A stretch of 64,000 nucleotides of DNA from Eubacteriales bacterium (GCA_045580085.1 JAZNND010000059.1:2782-66781); one strand, 5' to 3'; counted from the stretch's first letter, positions 8,801 to 18,003 are shown. Numbers and translations: made by a program. The notes: generated by a model from the sequence alone, not told the origin.

Positions 8801-11800
8801 TTATAAGGCAAGATGGACCGATACCACTTGGAAAACCATCGGTCTTGACCAGATCCTTACTTACACGATCTCCATGACGCTTGAGGAAGATCTCACTTCC
8901 AACTATATCTTTAGTCAGGACTCTGTCAGAAAGGGATCTATCCAGATTCCCGCCGCACAGTATATTAATCCTATGGATACCGACCGTCAGTTCCAACTTA
9001 TGGTTGGTGTTGCGGGTACCATCTATGCGTGCCGTGTATACAACAGACCCTTGACCGATTCTGAAGTAAAGCAGAATCACATGGCCGACCTCGTATACTT
9101 CTACGAGATTGATACTACCTTCCTTGATTCCACCCTTTCCAGCATGTCCGACGCTTCCGCGCTTTATGACGCGTTTGCCGATATGGACTTCACCCTCTCC
9201 AAGGAGGATGCTCAGGAATACTTCGAATCCAAGACCGCGGCTATCTGGCTTACCTACAGCGGCTTCGGCGTTCGTAAGGACCTCACCGACGGTGTGCGTT
9301 TCTACTTCGACCTCAACCAAGACGGTATCGACGCTATGCTTACTGCCGGCTTTGGTCTTGAGATCGGTACGATCGTAAACGTTGGCAAGGATGCACTCCC
9401 TGTTCTCGATGATTACGGCTACGACTATAAGGTTCTTGCCTTTGATTCCATTGCAGGTAAGTACACTTCCTTCTTTACCGATGACACCACCTATGCGGTT
9501 ACCGTCCGTTATGAAAATGCGGATAAGCAAGCACTGCTTGCATCGCTCGGTGTGCGCGGATACGTTAAATTGATCAGCCCCGACGGCTCGGAGATGGTCT
9601 TCTATGCCGAGGTGGCAACAGACGCACCTACGAACCACTTCGAAGCGTTCTACTCAGTGAAAGAGAACGACAACCCCGCATTGGCAGACGATATGGAACT
9701 GGAGTCTTACGTAACGGACCGTATCGAATACTGCTATGACGATGTTTACGTTCATGTAGACGCCAACGCGCAAGGCGAGGGCGACGGCACTGCCGAAGCA
9801 CCCTTCGCGTCCTTTAATGACGGTTGGGAAAAGGCAAAAGAGCTGATGCTCTCCCTGACAAAGCCCACATATCTCTACCTGCAGACGGCAGACGGTGTAT
9901 ACGGTCTTTACGGTACACTCTCGCTCTCCGCAGAAGAGAAACCTTACGCATATTGTAACTTTATCATCATTTCCGAAAACGGCAACTCCATTTTGACTAC
10001 GAACATTGATATCAATTCCGGCGACTTTGTATACGAAGGCGACAACATTTATACCTATCAGTTCGAGCCGAATGCGGACGGTGAATATCCTGAGTTCCGT
10101 TATCTCTATGTAAACGACAGAATGGCGAACCTCTCCGTTTCCAGTGCTACCCGCGCGGTTGACGTTGACGGTATCTACAGAACCGCTGTAGAGCGTGAAT
10201 TCGATGCTGTTTACTACAATGCACAAATGCTGAGCGAATATGATGGCTTGCTTACGGTCGACTTTATGCCCGAGTCCTATGTAGGCCGTAGCGACCTTGA
10301 AACTTCCTTCGCTTATTATGCGGCTTATTTCGTCGCATTGAAGGATGTGGAAAAATTATTCAATGAGAAGCAACTGACCGAAATGACCATTCCCGATCAG
10401 AGCAAGGTGGCTCTCAATGGCGTTTACAGTGCTGCTTTTGAATATTACAAGCAGGCATATTTGGCATACGGTGTGTTGCAGCCTGTGGCTGTGATAGAAG
10501 GTCCTACTTCCGATGCATTCGCAGCGATGAAAGCACCTACCGATGCTAACGCTACCTATCGCACTTGGTTTGCAAAGATACAGACCTTCATGATCGATAA
10601 TAAGACCTATAACTATACGTTTACCGTTGATCAAACAACGGATATGAAGACCATCGGTAAGGTATATCTCGATATGGAGATGGTCGGCGATCTTTCTCAC
10701 ATGGTCGAAGAGGGCAGAGAGAGAATGCTCGCGTATGCGGAGCAGTTGCAGCTTGAGATCGATGCAGCACTTGAAGAAGCAAAGGCACTTTCGGAATATG
10801 CTAATGCCGAGGTTTCTTACGCAATTGAGCTTTGCAACTACTTCGCGAGCATCACCCAGAAATATCTGGATGAAAAGATGGAAGGTGTTTATAAGGCGGC
10901 TAAGGAAGCTTATATGAGTGCAGAGGCTGACCTGAATGCAGCACTTAAAGCTTACTTGGCAGCGGAAGAAGCTTATGCTATCGCTGAAGCTGCATATGAA
11001 GCAGCACTTGCCGCATTCGAAGCAGCTGAAGAATCCGAGAAGGAAGCTTTGGCAGCCGATCTTGCCGAAAAGCTTGCCGCTTATGAAAATGCCGCTATCG
11101 CGCTTGAGGAAACAAACGCAACCGGTGAGGCAGCCGCAGAAACGTATTCTACTGCATTTGCTAACTATGTCAAAGTAGGCATGGCTTATGAAGCTGCTAC
11201 CGCGCTTGACGAAGAAGACAATCCTCTCGGTATGGACGGTATCAAGGCTTTGCTGGAAGCAACCAACGAGGTGAGAGCCGAGGCAGAAACTGCCGCACTC
11301 CAAGCAACCAGCAATCTCGCCAGCGTACAGAAGGATTATGATGAAAAGAGCAAGTATATCTCTGAGATCAAGGACGAAGATCTTTGGGTACGCCATGCGC
11401 TCACGCAGTACATGATCGAGATGCACGTTGCTGCTCAGTGGGACTACAATATCATCCACATAACCGGTATTGACTACAACGATATCTTTGATTATGAGTA
11501 CTTGGGTGAGCAGACAACACAGGTAGCCGTTTACCTCGAAATGTCTGAGTATTCGAGGTTCAACATTCCTGCTAACTACACCTTTGTCGGTAGATACGTA
11601 TTCCTTAAGAATATTCTTGAATATGTAGATGCTGAGAACGAGTACTTCTACGATGAGGAAATCGGTAAGCTTTACTACTACACCGAAGAGGATATCAACG
11701 ACCTTAAGTTTGCATATCCTACCTCCGATTACATGTTTAAGTTCTATGACCTTAAGAATGTAACCATCGAGGGCATGCAGTTCACCGGTGTTGACGATAA

Positions 11801-12872
11801 CTTCCTTTCGGATAACGGTCACTGCGGCGGTCAGTCTGCTAGCGACTCTCGCTTCGGCGGATTCCCCGAAAGAAGTGCGATCTACATCAAGGGCTGCTAT
11901 GGCATGGAAATCGTTTACAACCAGTTCTATGACCTCGGCGTTGAGGGTATCACCTGCCGTGGTTGGATCCAAGATCTCACCATCGAAGGCAATACCTTTG
12001 AAAACATCGGTGCGGCTGCGATCCGTGTCGGCGATAACACTGCTGACTGGACGCCCGGCGTGGCCGGTAACTTGCGTGTTTCCATCATCGACAACTATGT
12101 AAACAACGCAGCTACCGAGTATCACCAGTCCTCCACCATTCAGATCCAATCCAACAAGGATTGCGTGATCCAGAACAACACCGTTATGAACACCTCCTAC
12201 ACGGCATTCTCGCTCGGTTGGAGATGGAGCACGGTTTCTTGGCAGAGAGGCGACGCTATCAACCAGGATAATATGGATATCTCCGGTAACTATATTACCC
12301 ACTTTATGACAGAGCTTGCCGACGGCGGTGCTATCTACATGCTTGGCGGTAACGCTGATATTTCGGATACCTCTTACTTCAACTTTATCTATGAGAACTA
12401 CATCCTGTTCTCCAACATTTCGGGTAACGGTCTTGGCGGTATGATCTGCGGTATCTACTTTGACGGATCTTGCACCAACTGGCATTGCTACTCCAATGTT
12501 GTTGTTGAGCAGTCTTACGGTGCTCACACGAGCGAGAACGATCACGATTACAGCGATGTATACGTGGAACAGCTCCGCAAACGCCGTAACGGTTCTACCT
12601 TCATTTACATCCAGCACATTTCTTCTCAGCTGACGTATAATATTTTGGTTGAAAACAACATCATTATTAACGTCAGAAGCAAGGATGACGATCAGGCATT
12701 GAAAGAAGTTTACAAGACCTACGTTGTTGCATCCCGTAATATCAAGGAAAGCGGCACTCGCTATATCCGCGATATTGACAGAATTCCTTCGATGGCTGAA
12801 AACATCATGTATGCCGCGGGTGCATTTGATTATCCCGGAGATCCTTCCGAACTTTACGGTAACGATTATTAA
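5841..12872 (+). CDS. Giant secreted protein: signal peptide, 3 LamG (Laminin_G_3-like) modules, beta-sandwich region, pectin-lyase-fold beta-helix interrupted by an Ala/Glu-rich helical insert
   Basis: AAAGGAG RBS before ATG 5841. The Sec-type N-terminus is MKKRILSFLLVLCMLLTAMPIFTFGSGA. There are three modules, each ending in an RVY(N/D)-(T/S)xxExxxN motif: AVRVYNRHLTADEKKLN at 7050-7120, SIRVYDAVLTSTEMQHN at 8082-8160, ACRVYNRPLTDSEVKQN at 9021-9105. A beta-helix cap-like VYVHVDANAQGEGDGTAEAPFASF lies near 9741. PbH1-like repeats (NVTIEGMQFTG, LTIEGNTFENIG, VSIIDNYV, CVIQNNTVMN) span 11760-12600. Confidence 0.8.
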   Translation: MKKRILSFLLVLCMLLTAMPIFTFGSGASETAVEDENNELTKNEDSKAVSSFYDYYVTDGLVAFFDAYDTKSTTLDLENGKWYAKVYNASTKGFEKSTDEGLVATIGGGVLGSTTEPAEEGAEPIVNTTGWVKGDKGFSYFTNQSVGANKISLPLALIASDSYTVEFVGSVKLREIHDAEQETGTVEKTVADGKATYTISGLTLLTRNNGTTDYTNLCYYTVTLKGEANATVDLTINGSAVSVKLDGEGNGSYMAKCTAKLDTYVIVAPENVELTFTKDKTLNGQYMSTSAFVFGTLHCTHWTNLIGDNAWGNGAGKTRWYTGSSDWGVHNGTAGSTQYGGALKDTSFFVNYNDQAAVLRVQKSKLDAGESYTVSYGTSSTSVSGDKPFANYKFDLLSNTCGTAYAVRVYNRHLTADEKKLNDFADKMILNDVDFGAFNALEDRLKEMYIKSTEALTLDAGNEEFTKALDGVLDYAEKEAAMRAMTDYDKLYAGADGNPTANGGSLVALFSAYGDNSASLDLVNKSWRDKVGMNDIVFQGAMYDEATGKGYWKLRQDGGVGYDMNFDTTGKNGTYNSGSGVYMQLEPSLIASPDFTVEYVVAYEYFTYLDGSVCPVNLKLTYNESPAETIGLLKNFVSRTGPIDATGASRGTRWYVAKPSTGWQQSGFNHQLWGDVRPDDDIYLQSITRDESDITGGKQAVYEINKNGSMVLKGTYKSNAAQAGEIYYIGSDAAGQSFQLFRQIPVSAYSIRVYDAVLTSTEMQHNRFVDLAAYCGADMTAYMALSKEAQTIVDSMLAGNGFDLDTEAFEAALKTVTDILGNDSGLADSLYVTDGLTMLLAAYSGFNTGAIGGNGAPISWFNGVQQGSFATLRGSGWTLNEDGGFTIVKTWEEFQKDITFGLYLDQSLLPTGGYTVELVANPVGVTNPDGTRFIDDFSTYGQNYNNGFAIGPMRCLQFVCMRPTGKDGQLEKRWVYQKETNAWHASGYKARWTDTTWKTIGLDQILTYTISMTLEEDLTSNYIFSQDSVRKGSIQIPAAQYINPMDTDRQFQLMVGVAGTIYACRVYNRPLTDSEVKQNHMADLVYFYEIDTTFLDSTLSSMSDASALYDAFADMDFTLSKEDAQEYFESKTAAIWLTYSGFGVRKDLTDGVRFYFDLNQDGIDAMLTAGFGLEIGTIVNVGKDALPVLDDYGYDYKVLAFDSIAGKYTSFFTDDTTYAVTVRYENADKQALLASLGVRGYVKLISPDGSEMVFYAEVATDAPTNHFEAFYSVKENDNPALADDMELESYVTDRIEYCYDDVYVHVDANAQGEGDGTAEAPFASFNDGWEKAKELMLSLTKPTYLYLQTADGVYGLYGTLSLSAEEKPYAYCNFIIISENGNSILTTNIDINSGDFVYEGDNIYTYQFEPNADGEYPEFRYLYVNDRMANLSVSSATRAVDVDGIYRTAVEREFDAVYYNAQMLSEYDGLLTVDFMPESYVGRSDLETSFAYYAAYFVALKDVEKLFNEKQLTEMTIPDQSKVALNGVYSAAFEYYKQAYLAYGVLQPVAVIEGPTSDAFAAMKAPTDANATYRTWFAKIQTFMIDNKTYNYTFTVDQTTDMKTIGKVYLDMEMVGDLSHMVEEGRERMLAYAEQLQLEIDAALEEAKALSEYANAEVSYAIELCNYFASITQKYLDEKMEGVYKAAKEAYMSAEADLNAALKAYLAAEEAYAIAEAAYEAALAAFEAAEESEKEALAADLAEKLAAYENAAIALEETNATGEAAAETYSTAFANYVKVGMAYEAATALDEEDNPLGMDGIKALLEATNEVRAEAETAALQATSNLASVQKDYDEKSKYISEIKDEDLWVRHALTQYMIEMHVAAQWDYNIIHITGIDYNDIFDYEYLGEQTTQVAVYLEMSEYSRFNIPANYTFVGRYVFLKNILEYVDAENEYFYDEEIGKLYYYTEEDINDLKFAYPTSDYMFKFYDLKNVTIEGMQFTGVDDNFLSDNGHCGGQSASDSRFGGFPERSAIYIKGCYGMEIVYNQFYDLGVEGITCRGWIQDLTIEGNTFENIGAAAIRVGDNTADWTPGVAGNLRVSIIDNYVNNAATEYHQSSTIQIQSNKDCVIQNNTVMNTSYTAFSLGWRWSTVSWQRGDAINQDNMDISGNYITHFMTELADGGAIYMLGGNADISDTSYFNFIYENYILFSNISGNGLGGMICGIYFDGSCTNWHCYSNVVVEQSYGAHTSENDHDYSDVYVEQLRKRRNGSTFIYIQHISSQLTYNILVENNIIINVRSKDDDQALKEVYKTYVVASRNIKESGTRYIRDIDRIPSMAENIMYAAGAFDYPGDPSELYGNDY

Positions 12873-12896
12873 TCGAAACCAAACGCAAATTCTCAC

Positions 12897-12929
12897 GGGG
12901 CTGTCGCATAAGCGACAGCCCCTCTTTTT
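12897..12929 (+). terminator. Intrinsic terminator of the giant gene
   Basis: GGGGCTGTCGC-ATAA-GCGACAGCCCC (11-bp stem) followed by TCTTTTT. Confidence 0.75.
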
Positions 12930-12960
12930 ACGCAAATTTGCATTTATTTTTGAAAAAGCC

Positions 12961-12989
12961 TTGCTTTTTTCAAAAGAGTGTGATATAAT
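12961..12989 (+). promoter_or_regulatory. Putative sigma-A promoter of the rimP-nusA-infB operon
   Basis: TTGCTT (12961-12966), 17-nt spacer, TGaTATAAT (-10 at 12984-12989). Confidence 0.5.
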
Positions 12990-13013
12990 AAGTAAAAATG
13001 ATGATAGGATGAT

Positions 13014-13047
13014 GGAAGAGTGAAGCAAAGCACTCTTCCTTTTCTTT
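13014..13047 (+). terminator. Leader terminator/attenuator between the promoter and rimP
   Basis: GGAAGAGTG (13014-13022) pairs with CACTCTTCC (13031-13039) across an 8-nt loop, followed by TTTTCTTT. It lies inside the 5' leader. Confidence 0.5.
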
Positions 13048-13090
13048 GGCAAACGTAAAACATTTGGCGCAGAAAGGTATGGTTGAATCA

Positions 13091-13558
13091 ATGAGCAAAA
13101 AAAGTGTTGCCGAAATCGTGGAAGAACTTCTTCGCCCCACGGTGGAGGAGCTTGGCTATTTTCTTTGGGATGTTGAATATTCCAAGATCGGAACGGAATA
13201 TCATCTCGAACTGACGATTGATTCGGATGAAGGCATCAATATCGAAGATTGCGAGAAGGTGCACCGTGCCATTGATCCCATTTTGGATGAGGCTGATCCG
13301 ATTGAAAATGCGTATCGCCTCTCGGTTTCCTCTCCCGGCGTGGAACGTGAGCTTCGCACCGATAAGCATTTGGAGCTTTCCATCGGGGAGGTCGTGGAGC
13401 TTCGTTTTTTCAAACCGCAAAACGGTGTGAAAAGTCTTGTGGGCGCACTTTCCTCTTATGAAGGCGGCGTGCTCACCGTGGTGACTCCCGCGGATGAAAC
13501 CTTGCGCTTTGAACGTCGCGATATCTCCCGTATCCGTACGGTATTTTTTCAGGAATAA
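13091..13558 (+). CDS. rimP: Ribosome maturation factor RimP
   Basis: ORF 13046..13558. MSKKSVAEIVEELL..LGYFLWDVEY..YRLSVSSPGVEREL is RimP-like. The start is uncertain (ATG 13079 or 13091). Confidence 0.85.
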   Translation: MSKKSVAEIVEELLRPTVEELGYFLWDVEYSKIGTEYHLELTIDSDEGINIEDCEKVHRAIDPILDEADPIENAYRLSVSSPGVERELRTDKHLELSIGEVVELRFFKPQNGVKSLVGALSSYEGGVLTVVTPADETLRFERRDISRIRTVFFQE

Positions 13559-13577
13559 TTTCGAAAGGATAATATAA

Positions 13578-14603
13578 ATGAATACTGAACTTTTTAATGC
13601 ACTCGATCTGTTGGAAAAAGAAAAAGGCATTTCCAAGGAGTACATGCTCGAAAAACTCGAAGCGGCACTCACCAATGCTTATAAGCGTGAGCACGGCGGT
13701 GCAACAAATGTGCGCGTGCTTCTCAATCCCGATAAAAAGGATATGAAGCTTTATCAGCAGAAAACCGTTGTAGAAGAGGTGGTAGACGCTGAAACCGAAA
13801 TCACCTTGGAAGATGCTCGTGCCATCAGCAAGAGACATAAGTTGGGCGGTATTGTTGAATTTGAAATCAAAACCGCATCTTTCAGCCGCCTTGCCGCACA
13901 AGCAGGCAAACAGGTTTTGATCCAAGCTATCCGCGAGGCAGAGCGCATGCTCGTCACCAAGGAATACGAGAATAAGAAGGAAGAAATCATCACCGCTGTG
14001 GTCTATAAAGTGGACGATACCGACGGAAGCCTTGTGTTGGATACCGGCACTTCCAAAGCGGTGCTCACCAAGGCAGAGCAGATTCCCGGTGATCACTTCA
14101 ATGTCGGCGATCGCCTTAAGGTTTTTGTAACCGAGGTTCGTAGCGGAGAAAGCCGCGGTCCCATCGTTCAGCTCTCCCGTGTTCATCCCGGTTTGGTTAG
14201 ACGTCTTTTTGAGCTCCAGATTCCCGAGATTGCGGACGGAACGGTTGTCATTAAAAATATCTCCCGTGACGCAGGCTCCCGCACCAAGATTTCCGTTGCC
14301 TCCACCAAGGAGGATGTGGATGCTGTCGGTGCTTGTATCGGTAATCACGGTATGCGTATTTCCGCAATCCTCTCCGAGCTTGGCAACGAAAAGATTGATA
14401 TTATCCGCTACAGTGAGGATGTGCCCACCTATGTGAAGGAGGCACTCTCTCCCGCTACCGTACTTTCTGTGGACTTTGACGGTGAGCGTTGCTGCAACGT
14501 CAAGGTAGCCCCCGATCAGCTTTCTCTTGCCATCGGTAAGGAAGGTCAGAACGCTAAGCTCGCCGCAAAGCTTACCGGTTGTAAGATCGATATCAAGGCT
14601 TAA
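13578..14603 (+). CDS. nusA: Transcription termination/antitermination factor NusA
   Basis: 341 aa. The N-terminus ELFNALDLLEKEKGISKEYMLEKLEAAL, S1 and KH regions (GACIGNHGMRI, AIGKEGQNAKLA), and the position after rimP all fit NusA. Confidence 0.95.
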   Translation: MNTELFNALDLLEKEKGISKEYMLEKLEAALTNAYKREHGGATNVRVLLNPDKKDMKLYQQKTVVEEVVDAETEITLEDARAISKRHKLGGIVEFEIKTASFSRLAAQAGKQVLIQAIREAERMLVTKEYENKKEEIITAVVYKVDDTDGSLVLDTGTSKAVLTKAEQIPGDHFNVGDRLKVFVTEVRSGESRGPIVQLSRVHPGLVRRLFELQIPEIADGTVVIKNISRDAGSRTKISVASTKEDVDAVGACIGNHGMRISAILSELGNEKIDIIRYSEDVPTYVKEALSPATVLSVDFDGERCCNVKVAPDQLSLAIGKEGQNAKLAAKLTGCKIDIKA

Positions 14604-14634
14604 AAGGCAATTTTAGCAGAAAGGACCGATAACC

Positions 14635-14919
14635 ATGGCAAACCAATCAAAAGCGCAAAAAAAACTTCCCACGCGCCGTTGTGTCGGTTGCGGTGAGCAT
14701 TTCCCCAAAAATACGCTTATTCGCGTTGTCCGTTCTCCCGAGGGTGTTGTATCGCTCGATTTTGTGGGAAAGGCATCGGGCAGAGGCGCATATATTTGTA
14801 AAAGTGTGGAGTGCTTAGCCAAAGCACACAAAGCACACCGATTGGAAGCCGCATTCTCAATGCGTATTGAGGATGATGTATACAGCGCATTGGAGGAAAG
14901 ACTCTCGCGTGAAACATGA
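14635..14919 (+). CDS. ylxR: YlxR/RnpM family (DUF448) RNA-binding protein
   Basis: RRCVGCGEHFPKNTLIRVV..GRGAYIC signature. Canonical position after nusA. Confidence 0.85.
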   Translation: MANQSKAQKKLPTRRCVGCGEHFPKNTLIRVVRSPEGVVSLDFVGKASGRGAYICKSVECLAKAHKAHRLEAAFSMRIEDDVYSALEERLSRET

Positions 14920-14956
14920 AAAAAATCAAGTTCCCACGGACGCTGTTTCTGTGGAA

Positions 14957-15286
14957 ATGCGTTTTCTGCGATTTTTAGGGCTTTGTCGCCGAGCCGCAAA
15001 GACGGTCCACGGCACACCGCTTGTCTGCACGGCACTCGCTAAGAAAAAGCCGCCGTGCTTGGTTGTGATGTCAAGCCATGCATCCGCCGCCACGCAGAAA
15101 AAACTCATCAATAAATGCAATTTTTACAAGGTTCCTCTTCTTTCCGTCTCTGTCGAAACCGAAGCGCTCGCCCGCGCCGTCGGCAAGACTTGTGAGCTTG
15201 CCGCCATCGGCATTACGGACGAAAGCTTTGCGAAGGAACTAAGCAAAATATATGCTGAAAGAAAGGAATCTCCTTCGGGAGATTAA
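14957..15286 (+). CDS. ylxQ: L7Ae/L30e-family protein YlxQ
   Basis: ORF 14867..15286, trimmed to ATG 14957 to avoid overlapping ylxR. Contains [23 protein letters not shown]. Canonical position before infB. Confidence 0.75.
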   Translation: MRFLRFLGLCRRAAKTVHGTPLVCTALAKKKPPCLVVMSSHASAATQKKLINKCNFYKVPLLSVSVETEALARAVGKTCELAAIGITDESFAKELSKIYAERKESPSGD

Positions 15287-15297
15287 GGGTAAGCAAT

Positions 15298-17895
15298 ATG
15301 CCGAATATTAAACGCGCCGCACTTATGAAATCTCTTTCTATGAAGAAAAAAGATTTTGAAACGATGCTTGCCGAGCTGGATATCAAAAAAACGGGTACCG
15401 ATCTTGAAGTGGAGGAGTTTGAGGTCATCATGCAGACCTTGACGCTCCAAAACCAGATCGAAAACCTTGCCGATTATTTGAGTGGAAAGGCAACTTTAAT
15501 TCCCGAACGTGAGGAAGCTCTCCAAAAGGAAAGTGCGCCCAAGGCGGAGGAAAAGCCTGCCGAGCCTGCCAAAACGGAAGCAAAGGCACCCGAAGCTCCT
15601 ACCGAGACACCCAAGAAGGCACCCGAAAAGCCCGAAGAGCCTGTAGTTCTTGAGAAAAAGGCACCGGAAGCTCCCAAGCCCATGCCTCCCAAGGCGGAAG
15701 AAAAGGCAGCACCGGCTCCCATCCCCCAAAAGAAAGAAGAGCCCAAAAAGCAGCCTGAAAAGAAGGCGCAAAAGCAAACGCTCCGCACCATTGAACTGAA
15801 GCCTACCAATATCGGTGAAGGCGGCGGCGAGACGGTTGTCGTTAAAAATAAAAATCGTGTGGTCGATACCCGCACCACCTATGTTGACGACCTTTCCAAA
15901 TATGACGATACCACAACCGACCGCTATGCTCCCTATGCGCAAGGCAAGGGTGCCAAGGGCGGAGACGGCGGAAAGCAAAAATTAAAAAAGCAAAACAATA
16001 ATCAGCAAAATAACCAAAACATGCCCCAAGGCAAAAACGCCATCCGTAATCAAAAGGATAAGGCGCGCATGGAAAAAGAGCGTCAACGCCGTCTTGAGGC
16101 AGAGGCTGCTCGCAAAAAGCAGCTTGAGATCACCATTCCCGATGAAATTTCCGTCGGAGAGCTCGCAAGCCGTATGAAGAAAACTTCGGCTGAGGTAATC
16201 AAAAAGCTCTTCATGATGGGCGTTATGGCGAATGTCAACCAAACGGTAGACTACGATACGGCATATCTCATTTGCGATGAGATGGGGATTAAGGTCACGC
16301 GTGAGGTTGTGGTGACCATTGAAGAAAAGCTGTTTGACGACAGTGAGGACAAAACCGAAGATCTCGTGGAACGCGCTCCCGTCGTTTGTGTGATGGGCCA
16401 TGTTGACCATGGTAAAACTTCGCTTCTCGACTATATTCGTCACGCACATGTCACTTCCGGCGAGGCAGGCGGTATCACCCAGCACATCGGTGCGTACCGT
16501 GCCAGCGTCAACGGCAAAGACATTACCTTCCTTGATACCCCCGGACATGAAGCGTTTACCGCTATGCGTGCCAGAGGTGCTATGGCAACCGATATTGCCA
16601 TCCTCGTTGTTGCCGCAGATGACGGTATCATGCCCCAGACCGTGGAGGCAATCAACCACGCCAAGGCAGCAGGGATTGATATCATTGTTGCTAACAATAA
16701 GATGGATAAACCCGAGGCAAACCCCGAGCAGATCAAGCAGGAGCTCACCAAGTATGAGCTCGTTCCCGAGGAATGGGGCGGTGATGTCATCTGCGTTCCC
16801 GTATCGGCGCATACAGGTTTCGGTATTGAAGACTTGCTCGAAAATGTTCTTCTCGTTGCCGAGGTCAAGGAGCTTCGCGCCAATCCCGACCGCCGCGCCA
16901 AAGGTCTTATCATTGAGTCCCGTTTGGATAAGGGGCGCGGTCCTGTGGCTACCGTTCTTGTACAAAACGGTACGCTGAATGTCGGAGACATCGTGATCGC
17001 GGGCACTTCCGTCGGCAGAGTCCGTGCCATGGTTGCCGATAACGGTAAAAACTTGAAAAAGGCAGGTCCCGGCGTTCCTGTTGAGATCATCGGTCTTGCC
17101 GAAGTTCCCTCTGCGGGCGATGAATTTAACGCCGTTGAGGATGAAAAAATGGCTCGTACCCTTGCTGAGCAACGCCGTGAAAAGGCAAAAGCGGAAGCCA
17201 ACAGCATGAAGGCAAGTGCTAATCTCGATGACTTGTTCGCACAAATGAATGAGGGCGTCAAGAAGCTCGATATCATCGTGAAGGCTGACGTTGCCGGCTC
17301 TGCGGAAGCGGTAAAAGCCAACCTTTTGAAGCTCTCCAATGAAGAGGTTCGCGTCAGCGTAATCCATGCCGGTGTCGGCGGTATCACTGAAGGTGACGTC
17401 ATGCTCGCGCATGCGTCTAACGCGATCATCGTCGGCTTCAACGTCCGTCCCGATAAGGGCGCTACCGATTCCGCTGAAAGAAGCGGTGTCGAGATCCGCA
17501 CCTATCGCGTTATTTATGAATGCATCGATGAGATCACCGCTGCCATGAAAGGTATGCTCGCTCCCACATATAAAGAGACAGCACAAGGCAGAGTGGAAGT
17601 CCGTCAGGTCATCCATGTTCCCGGTGTCGGCAATGTTGCCGGATGCTATGTGCTTGACGGCAAGGTGACACGTCAGTCCCTTGTCCGTGTGGTTCGTGAC
17701 GGTATCGTCGTTCTTGACAGACGTCCCGAAGAAACCGAAAACTATTCCAATAAGATCGGCTCGCTGCAACGCTTCAAGGATGCGGTCCGTGAGGTTGCCG
17801 CAGGCTATGAGTGCGGTATCGTGCTCGAACGCTTCAACGATTTGAAGGTCGGAGATATCCTCGAGGTTTACACCATGGAAGAGGTTGCTCGCTGA
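15298..17895 (+). CDS. infB: Translation initiation factor IF-2
   Basis: 865 aa with a Pro/Glu/Ala/Lys-rich N-terminal linker. GTPase motifs [22 protein letters not shown] and NKMD are present, and the C-terminal domains are typical. Confidence 0.97.
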   Translation: MPNIKRAALMKSLSMKKKDFETMLAELDIKKTGTDLEVEEFEVIMQTLTLQNQIENLADYLSGKATLIPEREEALQKESAPKAEEKPAEPAKTEAKAPEAPTETPKKAPEKPEEPVVLEKKAPEAPKPMPPKAEEKAAPAPIPQKKEEPKKQPEKKAQKQTLRTIELKPTNIGEGGGETVVVKNKNRVVDTRTTYVDDLSKYDDTTTDRYAPYAQGKGAKGGDGGKQKLKKQNNNQQNNQNMPQGKNAIRNQKDKARMEKERQRRLEAEAARKKQLEITIPDEISVGELASRMKKTSAEVIKKLFMMGVMANVNQTVDYDTAYLICDEMGIKVTREVVVTIEEKLFDDSEDKTEDLVERAPVVCVMGHVDHGKTSLLDYIRHAHVTSGEAGGITQHIGAYRASVNGKDITFLDTPGHEAFTAMRARGAMATDIAILVVAADDGIMPQTVEAINHAKAAGIDIIVANNKMDKPEANPEQIKQELTKYELVPEEWGGDVICVPVSAHTGFGIEDLLENVLLVAEVKELRANPDRRAKGLIIESRLDKGRGPVATVLVQNGTLNVGDIVIAGTSVGRVRAMVADNGKNLKKAGPGVPVEIIGLAEVPSAGDEFNAVEDEKMARTLAEQRREKAKAEANSMKASANLDDLFAQMNEGVKKLDIIVKADVAGSAEAVKANLLKLSNEEVRVSVIHAGVGGITEGDVMLAHASNAIIVGFNVRPDKGATDSAERSGVEIRTYRVIYECIDEITAAMKGMLAPTYKETAQGRVEVRQVIHVPGVGNVAGCYVLDGKVTRQSLVRVVRDGIVVLDRRPEETENYSNKIGSLQRFKDAVREVAAGYECGIVLERFNDLKVGDILEVYTMEEVAR

Positions 17896-17900
17896 TCAAA

Positions 17901-17960
17901 ATTTTTCACCGTACGGTGCGTGTTTTTCATATTTTTCGCTCGTACGGTGATTGTTTTAAT
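17901..17960 (+). repeat. Two tandem imperfect 30-nt direct repeats after infB, each with a CGTACGGTG core
   Basis: ATTTTTCACCGTACGGTGCGTGTTTTTCAT followed by ATTTTTCGCTCGTACGGTGATTGTTTTAAT. The first copy contains the palindrome CACCGTACGGTG followed by a T-run. Confidence 0.6.
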
Positions 17961-18003
17961 AAATTAGTTTTAGTTCCGAACTAATTCGGAGAAAGGACAA
18001 CCT

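Noticed and set aside
5727-9638. 1303-aa minus-strand ORF (and the 911-aa ORF 10356..13091) antisense to the giant gene
   Set aside because: Both are in the codon-aligned antisense frame of the plus-strand gene (codon starts share the same residue modulo 3). In that frame, stops arise only from sense codons TTA, CTA and TCA, which this gene largely avoids. The translations are low-complexity, with no start context or recognisable motifs. The plus-strand product has a signal peptide, an RBS, a promoter, a terminator and domain motifs.
14916-14978. 20-codon ORF ([20 protein letters not shown]) overlapping the ylxR stop
   Set aside because: It is very short and lies in the ylxR-ylxQ junction. 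It is more simply explained as a chance frame. The ylxQ start at 14957 accounts for the region.
15520-15790. Repetitive-looking DNA in infB and the antisense ORFs 15474..15878 and 15496..15978
   Set aside because: This is the Pro/Glu/Ala/Lys-rich linker of IF-2 (KAPEAP-like units), a common low-complexity feature. It is not an exact tandem DNA repeat or an independent gene.
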